This document shows, one piece after another, positions 1 through 13,760 of a stretch of DNA of 64,000 nt. The DNA comes from Monosiga brevicollis MX1 (lineage: Eukaryota): the NCBI RefSeq assembly GCF_000002865.3, contig NW_001865079.1, positions 143,858 to 207,857 of the forward strand. The letters run 5' to 3'. The notes beneath the pieces were generated by a model. It was not told where the DNA came from, searched no databases, and was given only the letters and a program-made list of their open reading frames with translations. The translations under genes and the position numbers were made by a program. Numbering within the stretch: the stretch's first letter is position 1; every line of letters starts with the position of its first letter.

Positions 1-2867
1 GAGGAGCCCACCGAGGACCCCTGCAGCTTTGACGGCACCTGCGACTGTCCTGACCACCAGCAGGCCTCCATTCGTGTACGTGCAAAAGCGTCCCCCCTCC
101 CCGCATGTTATCGGAGACAAAGCTGCTGCTGCCATCCGCTTGCTCCGTACCTCTGGTCAGTACAAGAGGGGTCAAGACCCATTCACTGACAGGGATCGCG
201 CTCTTATGCTAGGTTTACGATGGTTGCCCGACCTGCATCTGCTCAGACCCCGTGACGACGCGAGCACCAACCACCTCTCGCATCCAGACAACCACCCAGG
301 CACCCATCTCCACGACCAACATTCAGGCCACCTGCGCCCCCTATCGCCCATGCAACTGTCGCCCTGGCGCAATCAGCGTGGACACGGTAAGCACCATAAA
401 TTTGAGAGCACGCATCAAAGTCGAAGCGCGTGCCTCCCTTGACCTTGCTCGGGCTAACGCCCCCGTCCCAACGCTCAGTTTGACCGATACGGTTGCCGGA
501 GCTGCTCCTGTAAGCCCGTTCCAACCACAACCCCGGCACCTACCACTACCAACTCTCAAGCCCAGACTACTGTCGGACCCCAAGTAACCACAAACCAGAA
601 CAGCTGCAGCGCCTACGTACCCTGCAACTGCCGACCTGGAGCCGTTCCTCGAGATTACGTGAGTCCCGGCCCGTGCCTGCCGTCCGTCTCACCTGTCATC
701 TCATCCAGGTCACTCACCAACACGTTCCATTTCACACCTCAAAGTTTGACCAAGATGGATGCCGCCGCTGCTCCTGTCGCGCGGCCACCACGCCTGCAGC
801 TAGTTCTGCCCCTTCCTCCACCCAGACCTCGTCTAGTTCCACATCAAGACCCTCAACAACCACCAGTTCCTCAATCTCCAGCTCGTCACGGTCCTCTTCC
901 TCTTCCTCTTCCTCATCAACGTCATCCTCTTCCTCTTCCTCTTCAACGTCATCCTCTTCCTCGCACTCATCAACGTCATCCTCTTCCTCGCACTCCTCGT
1001 CCTCGACCACCTCTACCACCTCACCGCCTCTCAATCGTAAGCCCTTCTCAACATGCGACACCGCTTGGCGCCGTTTCCGCGCACGTTTTGTGGATGCACC
1101 GCATGCACCCCTATTCATGCCCAACCGTGCTCTTCTCCGCAGCTGGCTGCCCTGTTCCCGACTGCCACTCTTGCCAAGCGCACCAAAACGTCATCAGCTT
1201 TGAATACAACGGTTGGTACAAGCAAATGAATACAACATCCGCATTCTTGTTCGCCACTCAGGCGGCACCTGACGGAATGCTTCAATTCTGCTCCTGTATT
1301 CTCCAGGATGCTACTATTGTCGCTGCGAGGACAGGAATGCACCCCAAACTTCGCCTTATCCCCCGCAATGTGCCAACCCTGATTGCCACGAGTGTCAAGC
1401 GCATCAGACCGTTGAGTTCTATCAAGAGGCCGGTGAGCATACACGTGCCGCCCATGGACACACCCTGTTCTGTGTTTCTTCCAACGCCAAACCCACCTAA
1501 CATGCCCATTCACATGGACTGCATTCCTGGCACCATGCCTAGGCTGCCCCAAATGCCGCTGTGTCACTCCCGGTGAACCTAGCACCTCTCGTGTGCCGCT
1601 GACCACAACCCAACCAACCACGACCCCTCGTCATGTTCCCACCACGACCCCTCGCCATGTTCCCACCACGACACATCGACCCATGCCAACTACTGCAGGA
1701 TCAACCACCGCCCCCGGCCCCACCAACGTTCCCGCTGACCAGTGCCCAGTGCCCACGCAGTGCAATGGCGCCTGTCGCTGTGAGTGCTTGCACTGCCCAT
1801 GTGCACATCTCCAAATGAGCAAGCGCCTCGAGAGGCCGCTGGCCCTCGAGACTGGTATGGACTCTGACCACTCACTTACCCTGCCTTGCAACAGCTTCAG
1901 AGGTGCCCTTTTGGACAACGGTAGCTGGTTGCTACGGGTGCCTGTGCATTCCCAGTGCTGAGAATCGTGAGTTCTTGGATGCAGGCCTTGCCGCCAACCA
2001 AAGACCATCAGGCTTACCTCTTGCCTGCTAAAATTGGGGCTTTGCGCAATTAGGCGACTATGATGTCAACTGCAGTGCCCCTGCAGAAGACCTGACAGAG
2101 TGGATCTATTCCTCTTGGAACCCGTGGTCTGCTTCGTGTGGCATGGCTTACCGGTACGCGATCAGACCTCGGTTTGGCCTCGAAATTGTCATCTGTTTGC
2201 AGTCTCATGCCTTGGTCGCAGGTTTCGAATGGCGCTGTTCTGCCCTGCAGCTTTGTGCGGGGCAACTTGTGGTCACCCGCTCGAGGTTGAGTCCCGTGAC
2301 ATGGGACCCTGCCCAACAACTACCATTGCCCCGGCCAACAACGCCCAGTCGAGTGATAACGGGAAGCAAGCATTTGTGCTGCGCGATGCGCTGGTAAGAC
2401 TTGGACCGTGTGCATTTTTGTGTGCACCATCCCATCTTGATAGTGTGCTTGCTTGACGACTGTGCACTGGCTCATCTTGTGTTGCTTTGTTTTTTTGTTT
2501 TTTTGTTTTTTACCTTGACCCTCTCGGCGCAGACGGGTCCGGCCATGGGCCTGATTGTGGCCGGCATCGTGCTGCTGTTGCTCGTGGTGGCAGCCATCGT
2601 CGTAGCCTTGCGTCGCCGCCAGTCCCGCCATGTCATGAATGAACTTGAGGGCTTGGAGTACGATGATGGTTCGCTCAGCCTGAGGTACGGTGTGCCTTGG
2701 CTTGCCCAATAACATCCTTAAACGTTGCCTCGGCATTTGGTCTGGGCCGTCCCGCCAAGCCTCACTGGTGGCACATGCCTGTGTTTAGGCCAGCGCCTGT
2801 ACCGCTGCATCGCGACAGCGAGGCCCAGCCCATCGTCGCCAACCCGGCGTTTGAAGATGAGGCATGA
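1..2867 (+). CDS. Type I membrane protein (5' end outside window): at least 6 antistasin-like Cys modules with Thr/Ser-rich linkers, a TSP1-like segment, one TM helix and a short cytoplasmic tail
   Basis: Spliced exons give six-Cys modules ending in GCxxCxC (YDGCPTCIC, DRYGCRSCSC, DQDGCRRCSC, YNGCYYCRC, EAGCPKCRC, VAGCYGCLC). These are followed by WIYSSWNPWSASCGMAYRFR (TSP1-like), TM LIVAGIVLLLLVVAAIVVAL-RRR at about 2550-2620, and a last exon from 2789 ending ANPAFEDEA-TGA (2865-2867). Introns are GT-AG. Confidence 0.75.
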
Positions 2868-3771
2868 TACGCTCCAGCCCGTCTTTATAAGTGTGATGGC
2901 TTGATGAGCCTGCTCCCCGTCCCAAAGCTTGAGTTGCTTGGTCCTCGTGTCCATAAACATACATGCGCACCGTTTTCATGTTGACTGCCCGTCCCTACGC
3001 GCGGTCTGGCAGTGGTTGTCAATCCGCACATACCAATTTCAGCCAATCATTTTAAAACCGAGTCGCAGTGTCATCCTGCAAGGAGTCTCGACTGGAGTAG
3101 CACTTGAGATGCAGCACAGAAGCGTCAAAGAAAATATGGTGTTCGAATTCGACAGTTGTCGGAAGAATGGAAGGCTGTGCAGCAAATGAAAGCCGGCAAA
3201 AATAATTCACTAAAGGGTGACCAAGCAGGTGATACTAAAAAAAAAAACCCGAAGAAGGGAGCTGGAGAAGGTAGCCGGACACGTGCAGAGGGTATGGGCT
3301 CTCATTTTGTTCGCAAAGAGCAGGGGCGAGAACAAAAGTGTTGCAATACAGCGGCTGGCGAGCACGTTGGCACGGTTCACACATCCTTCAGCCACCCCTG
3401 GCCCTGAGGAAAAAAAAAACTATTCTATGCATGTTTATTTGGTTCTTGCTGGTTTTACCTTGGCGAATAGCTCGCTAGCCAACTCATATTTCCTCACACT
3501 TTTTGTGCCAAGCGTGTTGGTCGTGCAAGCGATTGCAGCTGGAAGGAGTCGGGCTTTGGCAGTCAGTGGGTCAGTGAAGGGATCGCACAGCGATCGATCA
3601 TAGCAAGTCAAGCAGGGAATTGGTCATCACTCGCAATGACCGTGACAGCAATAAAAGGCGGGTAATCGAGAAAGAAGACCAAGAAGCAGCCAGCTTGATC
3701 CAGAAGAAAGCGCCTCGAGCGAGCGCGTGACCGACATGCGCAGCTCACGCGCCTCCAAAGGGATAGACGCT

Positions 3772-5134
3772 TCAAGGACTGGGGACGTGCTTGTGGATGG
3801 CTTGCTTGATCAGTTCGTAGGTGACGAAAGTGGTGATACAGCTGGGCAGGACGCGCAGGATGTTAATGTGCAACCCGCGATAAAAGCCGCGCCAGCCGTC
3901 GGCCTGCAAGATGTTTTTAGCGATGGAAGCCAGACCAGCTGGATTGCGACTGTCTTGCATGCGAGCCCGAACCACCTCATGAGGGTAGGTGATGGTACCG
4001 GCAACGAGTTTGGAGCCGGCCGAAGCTAGGATGAGGCCCAAGATGGATTCCTGGATGGGAGGCCAATGGCAGCAGTGTGGTGGTGGCGGTGGCGGATGAC
4101 CGAGAAGCGCGGGGCGAGAGTGAGAAGCTTGTTGGCAGCGGTGAAGAGCAAAGTGATTAGCAGAGCAGGCAGGGACGAGGGCTTACGCGGCCATCGGGGC
4201 TGGCGTCACGAGCCCGGTGTTTGAGCTCCTCATAAAGGGGAAACTGGATGGCCACGTGTAGAAGACCGAGGAAGGAGGCACCGAGGCCCTTGTAGAGTGC
4301 GGTGATGCCTTCGTGTTTGGCAATGTGGAGCATATGCCCCGGGACGGAGAGCCGTTGGAGGACGGCTTGCTCAGTACGGTGATAAACGGCCGAGATGATG
4401 CGCGTCCGGACAACCCAGAGTGGGTTGGTGAGCACGTCTACCACGCCTGCGGCACCCATGGCGGCCAGGCAGCTCTTCCATACGGCGCCACGAGTATTTG
4501 GCTCGACGCCCAGGCGTCTCCTAAAGGCATCGTACAACTATGGCGGGACAAATCCAGGCCATTGAGGCAAGGAAGAGCGTCATGTGCGAGTGGCTGTGCC
4601 GGTGGATGGATAGGTGTTGTCAAGGATGAAAAATCATGTGGCACGGGAGTAGGGGCAGACGCACGGGAAAGTAGGTGGCCCAGAAGAAGGGGAGGGTAAT
4701 GAGACTAGGTTGGAGGCCTCGAAACCAGCCGCGGTAGCCTTCCTGGTTGCGAATGTCCTGTAGGGCGGCGACGAGGAGCCATTGTATCAGCTGTTCGGAG
4801 GGGCCTGCGCATGCGCTTGAACCAGGGGGCGGGGGGGGGCAGGGGTGTGATGCACGTGCACAAGTCGTACCCTAAGAATGGTCCAGAGCCCCGCTTGGTG
4901 GGACGTGCCTGGATGAATGACACCCTCGACCTGCTGGCGAACCTTGGCTACGTCCAAGGGAGAGCACACGAGGGCGTTGACTAATCCACCACCGGCACCG
5001 GCCAGAATGGACTGGTTGTAATGAATCCAATGGGCGGCACTCGTCAAGTAAGAGTGGCTCGCTGCGGGTGCCACCGGCGTCGCCGACGTCGGCGCCCCCG
5101 ACGACGACGAGGAGGAGCTCGCCGTCACAGGCAT
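3772..5134 (-). CDS. Mitochondrial carrier (SLC25), NAD+/folate carrier subfamily (NDT1-like)
   Basis: Three carrier repeats with signatures SPLDVAKVRQQ, NPLWVVRTR and TYPHEVVRARMQ, plus EGYRGWFRGL, EGITALYKGL and DGWRGFYRGL. The PxW second repeat and YPHEV third repeat are typical of NDT1/MFT carriers. ATG at 5134-5132 (MPVTASS), stop at 3772; about 4 exons. Confidence 0.88.
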
Positions 5135-5289
5135 GTCCTTTGGTACTACCACAACCCCTGCCTCCCCCACCCACACGAGGCTAAAACCAACCAACCCCTC
5201 AACCCTTCAACGCCCTGCCCCCCCCCTCCTCCCCCCGCTAACACAAGCCTTCAGCAGCCCGTCCAACGCGACACCGACTGCGCGCACGA

Positions 5290-5556
5290 CAGAGAGAGAG
5301 AGAGAGAAAGACAGAGAGACAGAGAGAGAGCGTTTTGCGAAAAAAAAGTGAAAACTCGATGAAACTCTTGACACACTCTCTCTCTCTCTCTAAATCTCTC
5401 TAAATCTCTCTCTTTCTCTTTCTCTAAATCTCTCTCTAAATCTCTCTCTCTAAATCTCTCTCTCATCTCTCTCTAAATCTCTCTCTCTCCTGTCTCTCTC
5501 TCTCTCTCTTCTTTCTTTCTCTCTCTAAATCCCTCTCTTCTAAATCTCTCTCTCTA
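5290..5556. repeat. Compound (GA)n/(CT)n microsatellite with periodic TAAA interruptions
   Basis: Seen directly: agagag runs followed by repeated tctctctctaaatctctc units. Confidence 0.9.
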
Positions 5557-6633
5557 TGGGGGAGTGAGGCCAGTGGATCTGAGAGGGAGGAGAGGGGCTG
5601 GGCTGGGCTGGGCTGGGCTGGGCTGCCGTTTGAGAGATTCAATGGGGTTTCGTATGCACACCCTCCAACAAACTCGCATCGAGCCGGATACCGCGGAACG
5701 AAGAAACACACAGCTACACCCTCCCATTGCCCTCAGTCTGCCCCTGGCTCCCGGCTCTCCCTGCCTGTCTACTCACTCACTCACTCTCACTCCGCTCTCT
5801 CACTCACTCTCTCTCTCTCTCACTCACCGCTCACTTCCGCCGTCTCCGTCTCTCTCGCTCCGTCTCTCTCGCTCTCTCTCGCTCTCTCGCTCTCTCTCGC
5901 TGTCGCAGATCCACGTGCTGTGGTTGCTCAGGTCGTGTGCAAAACATCAACAAGAGCTCCAGGCTGAGCCGTTCCTCGCTATGAGCAGCACCCTCTGTTC
6001 ACTACGCCCTTTGCCTTTGGCTCATGGGGCACGGGAAAAGTAGACGCTGATACCCTCTCCGGCCATGACCGGTGCCAGTATCTCTATCGACAACCTGCCC
6101 TCGCCCACTGAAGAAGCCAGTGGCGCTGCCGTTTGAAGCTTTTTTTCTCTTTTTTTTTCTGCGATCATTCGCACATTCTGCGAAACCCAATGGCTCAAAC
6201 TGTGATAAACATTACACTACACTACAATCACCTTGGTATATCTTCACTGCATTCGCCTGCTCAAAAAGTATTTTACATCCTGGTGTAGGTGATGAAAATC
6301 AATAGTACCTCTCTTAAATTGAAGTATCGCCAACCTCTTGTTGTGGTTGTGGTTGTTGGAGGTGAACCACTGGCAAACGGCAGCGCCCCCGCCCGCCGCC
6401 CGCCGCCTTGGAGCTCCTCCTTCCGACGCTGCGGTTGGCGCACATCGGTTGAGACACTACCCTTTCTTGCGCTCACCTCTCCTGCTTATTTTTCTTCTTC
6501 GCAGCCTCCCGGAAAGCCTTTGTGCATTCACACACAACATCACACAAGCCCCACGTCACACAAGCGAGCGACCGCCAACATTTTCTTGGTGCATATTCGC
6601 TTCTGCAGGTACGCCGCCGGCCGGGGGGCGGTC

Positions 6634-6703
6634 CTTGTTCTGTGCTCGTTCCATGCTTGTACTGAGCTTGTTCTGTGCTCGTTCCATGCTTGTACTGAGC
6701 TTG
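6634..6703. repeat. 33-bp tandem duplication upstream of TPP2
   Basis: cttgttctgtgctcgttccatgcttgtactgag occurs twice in tandem, followed by degenerate cttg(c/t)actg units. Confidence 0.85.
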
Positions 6704-7006
6704 CACTGGACTTGTACTGTGCTTGCACTGGACTTGGGTCTTGGTTTCGGCCGCACTGACATTGGTTTTGTAACGTGTCAAACGCAGACGACTCGTCGTG
6801 GTCTCGTCAGCACTGAACCAGGCCATAGCCGCCTCGTTGCTTTCGCTCGTCACTGCCTTTGCCCTTTCCAAGCAGTCGCCGCTCGTCGAACGGCCGCACA
6901 CACTGGTACCTACGCTTTTGGCAGTTTCTTCTCCCCTGCTCCTTTTCTGCCCCTGCTTCCCCTCCCGTGCTACCCCCTCACATCTTGGACCCCCCCAGCT
7001 CGCGCC

Positions 7007-10000
7007 ATGGCCAACAAGAGCAACCTCTCGGCAGCCGAGCTGGCTCGCTTCCCCGCAGACAAGCTCATTCCCAAGGATGAGACAGGCGTAACCGACTTTC
7101 TTGTAGGTACTTGCCTTTTGCCCAGAGACACGCTCTTGATAGCACCAACTCACACTGGTTTGCCCCCCCCCCCCCCGTTGCTGCCTCCCTTGTTTTTCTA
7201 TTCAGCGTGCCCGCCCCGACTACGATGGCCGTGGCATTCGCGTTGCCATCCTGGATACGGGCGTCGATCCCGGTGCCGTCAACCTGCAAGTCACCTCGAC
7301 TGGAGCTCGCAAAATTGTCGACCTTATCGATGCCACTGGTCGGAATGCGCTGTTTCATCCTTGTGCACCAGCTACTGCGCCTATCCCTAAGAGCACCCAC
7401 CCCATTCACCTCTCTCACATGATCTTCGCTGCATCATACAGGCTCTGGCGCCGTCGACACGGCTACCGTGGTCCAGCTGAATGAAGATGGCACCCTCAAA
7501 GGCGCCTCCGGCACCGTGTACACGAACGTGTGTGATATGCGCCTGCTTCCCCTTGACCCCCACCCACCCCCATACCTTCAACTGACACAACTCTTCGTGG
7601 TCAGGTCCCCGACGCCATGCGTAGCCGCGACGGATCTTATCGAGCTGGCTCATTTTACCTCCATAACCTCTACACCGGAGGTCTCCGCAAGCGCATGGAG
7701 GTCAGTATTCCTGCCGCATCCACTCACTGGCCCTAACCATCTTCTCCCAGCCCTGACGCGCATCATGTGGCAAGTAGGCGTGGCGTCGCAAGGACTGGGA
7801 CAAAAACCATGGCCAGCTCCTGGCCAATGCCCGCAACGCTCTTCGCAAAGCACTCGCTGTCGATGCAAAAGATCAAGTTGGTCTGCGCTGCCCATCACCG
7901 CTACTAGCTGGCCCGTTGCGACGCGATCATTCTTGTGACCGCAGGTTTGAGCTGACACGACTTCTCCCGTCACCCGCTTGCGCCAAAAACATACAGGACC
8001 GAGCGCACCTTGAAGAGTTGCAGGGACGCGTCAAGGCCCTTGAGACACTGCAAACCTCTTATGAAGACAAGGGTCCTCTCTACGATTGCTTTGTCTTCAA
8101 GAGCAACGAGGATGAGGTGAGGTTTTTTGGGTTTTTTGGGTTTTTTTTTTNGGGGGGGGGGGGGGGGGAANNNNNNNNNNNNNNNNNNNNNNNNNNNNNN
8201 NNNNNNNNNNNNNNNNNNNNNNNNNNNNNNNNNNNNNNNNNNNNNNNNNNNNNNNNNNNNNNNNNNNNNNNNNNNNNNNNNNNNNNNNNNNNNNNNNNNN
8301 NNNNNNNNNNNNNNNNNNNNNNCCCCCCCCCCCCCCCCCCCCTTTTGCCCTTGCTCTTGTCGTTGGCTGTGTCCTTTCTCGTTTCGCCTTGACAATGCAT
8401 CTACCCCTTCCTCCCCTAATTTGTGGCACCTAAAACCTGCCTGCGGATAGCAATGGCGGGCCGCTGTGACCTGCACTGAGGAACCAAGTTTGATCGCCGC
8501 GAAGGTTATGCGCAACTACAATGTGGCCTACGAGTATGCGGCTTTTGGCGAGCAAGACTGTTTCAACTACTGCTTCAACATTGCCGAAGACGGCAACGTG
8601 CTCACCATCGTCACCGACTCGGGTGAGCTTGCTTTCTAGTGAATCCAAGAGCCCCAACGCCCCTTGCACGCACACCGCCGCACTTGGCCTCGCTTGTTGT
8701 TTATTTGTTATCCATGCTGCTAATTCACCCTGTTCGTTCGTGTCCCACCACCCGACATTCCCCCCACCTTCTGACACTGCAATGCATCGATATGGCAGGA
8801 TCCCACGGAACGCACGTGGCTGGCATTGTAGCCGCCTTTGATCCAGAGAACCCAGAACGTCATGGCGTCGCCCCCGGTGCTGAAATCGTTGGCATCAAGA
8901 TTGGTGATGGGCGTCTCGATGCTATGGAAACAGGCACCGGCCTCATTCGCGGCGTACGTCACAAGCTGTGGCTGGCCTTTTCTCCATCACAAAAGTGTGC
9001 CTGCGTACCCCAGGCGCCACTTGACCTTGAACCACACATTGCAACCCCTTCAGGTTCTGGCTGCCGTACGAACTGGCTGCCAAGTGATTAATCTCAGCTT
9101 TGGCGAGGCTACAAGCGTCATCAACGCTGGGTACGCACTCCGCACATCTTCCATGGACTCTGAATAGCTTCCCATCATTTATAGCATTTTATAAGCTTGC
9201 CTTTGCATCACTCACCGTGATGTGATTATCCGCCAGCCGCATTGTCAAGGTGATGCAAGAGGCAGTGCGGAAGCACAACGTAACGTTCATCTCGTCAGCC
9301 AGCAATAGTGGTCCTGCGCTCTGTACCCTTGGTTGCCCTGGCGGTGTCTCGGACCATCTCATTGGCGTCGGTGCCTATGTGAGCAAAGCCATGATCACAC
9401 CGCTGTACTCGGCTCACGACGATGTCAATGAGAACCCTTACACCTGGTCCTCCCGTGGTCCGGCGCCCAACGGTACACTGGGCATCTCAATCTGCGCCCC
9501 CGGTGGTGCCATCACCAACGTGCCCCTGTGGAACCTCTACAGTAACCAGCTCATGAACGGTACCAGCATGAGCAGCCCCAACACTGCTGGTTGTGTGGCC
9601 GTGCTTCTCTCGGGCCTCCTGGCTGAAGGTCGCCGCTGGACCCCATCAGCCGTGCGCCGTGCCCTCGAGAACACAGTGTGTACCGCGCGCGAGTCCCGCC
9701 CCTTCACACCATTGACCGTCGCTTCTTCATTCGCCGTCCGTCTTTGAAAACTCAATCGTGCTCTTCTTTCTCTCACCCCTGACTTAGGCCCGTCCCGTGC
9801 CAGGCTGCACCATGTACGACGTCGGACATGGACTGATCCAGATTCCTGGCGCCTTTGAACACTTGCAGCAATACGCTGATCTACCAGTCAATGCCACCAA
9901 CATTATCACCTCGGCTGGCTCCTTGCTCAACCAACGTCAGCACTTTCGAGGAGGACTTTACCAAACAAACCTTGCCATTGCTCCTGATATGCATGATGAG

Positions 10001-13000
10001 ATCGACCCTCAACTCAAGATCAACTACAGTACGTGCTTTGCCGTGGTTGAAACAGTCTGGAACTTCATTCTGTACTGTCGAGCAGAGGCCCGGTGGGGAC
10101 TAGAGTGGTTTGCTGACGCTTCGTCTGGTGGGCTACCTGCATAGACATTATGGCACGCCTCCAAACAACTGCGTCATGGCTCAACGTGCCGTCATCCGTC
10201 TTCTTGACGGCTGCTGGCAAGCTCGTGCCCATTCGTGTATGTTCAGTGCCATCACGATCTGCCTGTCACCCAATCGCCTTCCTCCAGTCCATTCGTTGGT
10301 GATGCCACCTATCGGCTGAAACCCCAGTTTGACCCGTGCTGTTCGACATCATCTCATAGTTGGATACGGAGGCACTTGAGCCTGGGCTGCATGGCACGGA
10401 GATTCGCGTGTTTGACTCTGAAAACACTGCTTTCGGTCCCATTGCTCGCCATGCTGTGACTGTCTTCAAGCCCCATCGCCCAACCGCCCCCACCGCGCCT
10501 CTCCAATTTCCAAAGCTTCAGCTAACGGGTGGTGATCTGCACGTACGAACTTGAAGCCCCATGCCTCGACAAATTGCAACTCGCGTGCAGTCGCCTCGCA
10601 GAAAATCACATTCCGCTTCTTTGCTGCTTTGTCTCGCATGGTGCATTTCAATGCTCAATCTGCGATGGTACTGGCACAATACGATCGGCACAGCGCCTCT
10701 TTGTCCTGCCTCCCGAAGGCGCGGGAGCGTGTACCGTGCGTCTGACCCTGGGGCAATGCGAAGGCGAGAAGCGCATTGTTTTGCACATGCTGCAAACTGT
10801 TCCGGACACGCCCTACTCTGCACACGAAATGGAGCAATACTGTATGATGCAGGCCAATGAGTCGCGCGTCTTTACTCAGCGCATCGTGGCTGACACAGTC
10901 ATCGAGGTGTGCGTTGGCCAGTGGTGGAGCCACAGCCTTCCATCCGAGGTACACCATTGCCTTGCCTCGCTCAGCCCCCTTTCCCGGACCTCAACGCTCA
11001 TCCGGCCGACTCATCACCCCGTTGATAGGTGGACGTATCCATCGACTTTCATCCCCTTGATGTCAGCCAGCAGACCGTGGCTCTCTCTTCAGGTGGCTCG
11101 GCTGCGCGCGTGGTATGTGAGCCTCCCATGCTCCCATGCCTGAATAAGCGTCCATGCTTGGATAATCGCCATGAAGCTTCTCTACCTTGCGGTGGTATGA
11201 GGTCGAGACGCAACCCTGTGCCTGTCTGATGCGTGCCCGACCTTCTTAGATGTTCGACAATACATTTGCTCCCTTCACCATGAAACCTTCGGGCAAGCTC
11301 GAGACGTTGCGCAAGTCCCTTCGCCCCACACAACATGCCATCATTTGCAAAAGTGGTCCGGAAAACACCATGTTCAACGGCAAGCAAACACATGCCTTGG
11401 AGCTGACCTACGAGCTGAATCTGGCCGAGAAGGTTGGTGTGTTTGGTTTGTTTTTGTTTTTATTTTATTTTTTTTTTTTATTTTTTTATTTTTTTTGGTT
11501 TTTGATTTTTGATGTTTTCAGAGACATGAATCCGGTGGCACCCCCTCCCATCTTGCTTTCAACAGTGGTTTTCTTGTCTTTTCGTTTCTTTTTGCCTTTG
11601 CCACATTTCATGCCAACCCCTCCCGTTTTCGGCGTTGTGCCCTCAGGCCAAGGTCGTCCCGCGTTTAGCACAGCTTTCTGAGGTGCTTTATGAAAGTGCC
11701 GCTGAGAGCCAACTCATGGTCATTCTGAACGAGAAAAAATTTCCGGTTCTCTTTGCCGATGCCTTTGGCCGTTACTCGACAGAGCTCGACAAGGGCAAGT
11801 ACACCCTTCGTGCTGAGGTACGTTTAAGCTTCGTATCGCAGCTTTTAATTTGCCCCTGACACGCAGGTTCGACATTTCTCACCCCATCACCCGGGATTTT
11901 TTCTTGTTGGTGTAGATTCGCCATGATGACACGGCCTGGCTGGAAAAGTATAAGGACTTGGCTCTCAACTTGGACATCAAAATCAAGGTGGCAACCCCAG
12001 CTGGAACCCAAACACTGATTTGAATGCTCAGCGGAGAACGCCACTTATACAGTCTTGCAACCCTTGCCATAGGCTGTCGATGTGGCCGTGGACAAAACCC
12101 CCGCCATTGTCCAGGGTGGATCGGTACACATGCGCCTGCCCACTCAGCAGTAAGCCCTGCTTTGCTGGGCACCTGTGACCCCTTCTCTCGCACCAGACTG
12201 ATGATCCCGTGGTATCGTCTGATGACACCAGGCGCACCTCTTTCTTTGTCGAGCCTCCGACCGATGCCAGCCTGCCCAAGCTTGCCGAAGCGGGCGATGT
12301 GCTTCTGGGCAAACTCTCGCTTCTGCCCTCATCACATGAAGTGAGCATTGGCCTTGCTTGCCCGGCCGTATGGCTCCTTCGGTATCAGCAGATGTGGCAT
12401 TTGACATTCACCCATGCGCTGTGGCCGTTGAGTACAGGCCTCCAAATCAGTGTATGCCAACCTGGTCTGCACGGTGGCACCGCGCTCCAAGAAGACGACT
12501 GATGACAGCGCGTCGCTGCCAAAGCCCAAGCCTACGGAGGAGGACTCAGTTGTTGCCGACAAGCGCAAGGCACTTTTGTTGTATGTATGCCCAAGCTTTT
12601 TCTGTCAACCCCAGCCTCTGAGGTGCTGACCGCTGCTCTCGCGCATGCTGCGGCTTGAACAGGCTGCCCGTCGAGCATCTTGAAGTGGTTAAGGATTTGG
12701 AAACCGAGTTTGAAAAGGACCAAGCTTATCTGACCCAACGCCTTGAGAAGCTTGGTGCAGTGACGGACAAGGTAGGCCCAAGTTCACGACAAATTGCCCC
12801 AAACACAGCACTGGTGGCAAGGCCACGTACCACGCCATTTTCGCCGTGGTGGGCTCGTCTTTGCTGTTTGAGTTCACATCATCGTCTTTCTCGTGTCATC
12901 AGAACCGCGACTACGCCGAGTCGGTGGCCGACCGCCTCCTGGCATTGCTGGACGAGGATGCCATTGCTGCCGGTGCCGGTCGACTGAGCATTGACCCGAC

Positions 13001-13760
13001 CACTCCCGAAGAAGCCAGCGCCGCCAAGAAACAGGCTGATGCAAAGGCGAGCCTCATTGCCGCCCTTCGCAAAAAGGTTGGCGCGTGGCTTTGACACCAC
13101 CTGTACTGGCTTTATTCCACGTGGCGGCTTGCCATTGCTGCTGGACGATTTGTTCTTTTGTTCTTATTCAAGCGGCCGCTTGTTTTTGAAAAAAAAAAAT
13201 ACTGATGTGCGAAATATTCATTGTTGCCCGATTTAGCTCGAGGCCGTGCTGTTCGATGCAACCACCAACGGCAAAACTGATCGTATTGCCGAGGCCGAGG
13301 CTGTGCGCACACGCCTTCAAGGCTGGGTCAAGCTGTCCGACAAGGTTTGTGTGGGCAGTTCAGACGCAGACGGACCTATGTCTTTCAAGTTTCTAGGAGG
13401 ACATGCTCATGCATCTTACGTACTCTGACTTAGGAGCAAATGGCTGCAGAGGTGGCCTTCTTTCAAGCCAAGGAGCAACATGGTCGCCTCTTGGAACGCC
13501 TCTTGCAGGAAGGCAAAACGAAATGGTCCAAGGAGCAGGCGGACAGTGCCCAGAAGGCGGCTGCAGCTTTGGGTGCGTGCCCTCATGACTCAAGTGACAC
13601 ACTTACACCAACTCTCGTGGGGTGCAATGCCATGGTGCGCGCTGTTGCGCTCACAGATTCTCACGACGGCTCACCATTTGAAACTTTTGTCTCAGGGTGG
13701 GACACGCTTCAGGCCTCTTTGCAAGTGCCCGTGCCCATTGAACGCTTGATCATGAGCTAG
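7007..13760 (+). CDS. TPP2: Tripeptidyl-peptidase II (subtilase S8)
   Basis: N-terminus [13 protein letters not shown]...[19 protein letters not shown] (catalytic Asp), [12 protein letters not shown]...[18 protein letters not shown] (His), YTWSSRGP and NGTSMSSPN (Ser). C-terminal motifs LSEVLYES and [16 protein letters not shown]. More than 20 GT-AG introns; the N-gap at 8171-8321 lies in an intron. Confidence 0.95.

Noticed and set aside
659..1576. 305-aa Pro/His-rich ORF and antisense poly-Glu ORF
   Set aside because: Alternate-frame readings of the Ser-rich exon of the first gene.
6338..7006. Long N-terminal extension of TPP2 in the 350-aa ORF
   Set aside because: Homology begins at the ATG at 7007 (gccATGG context); the upstream part includes a tandem repeat and looks non-coding.
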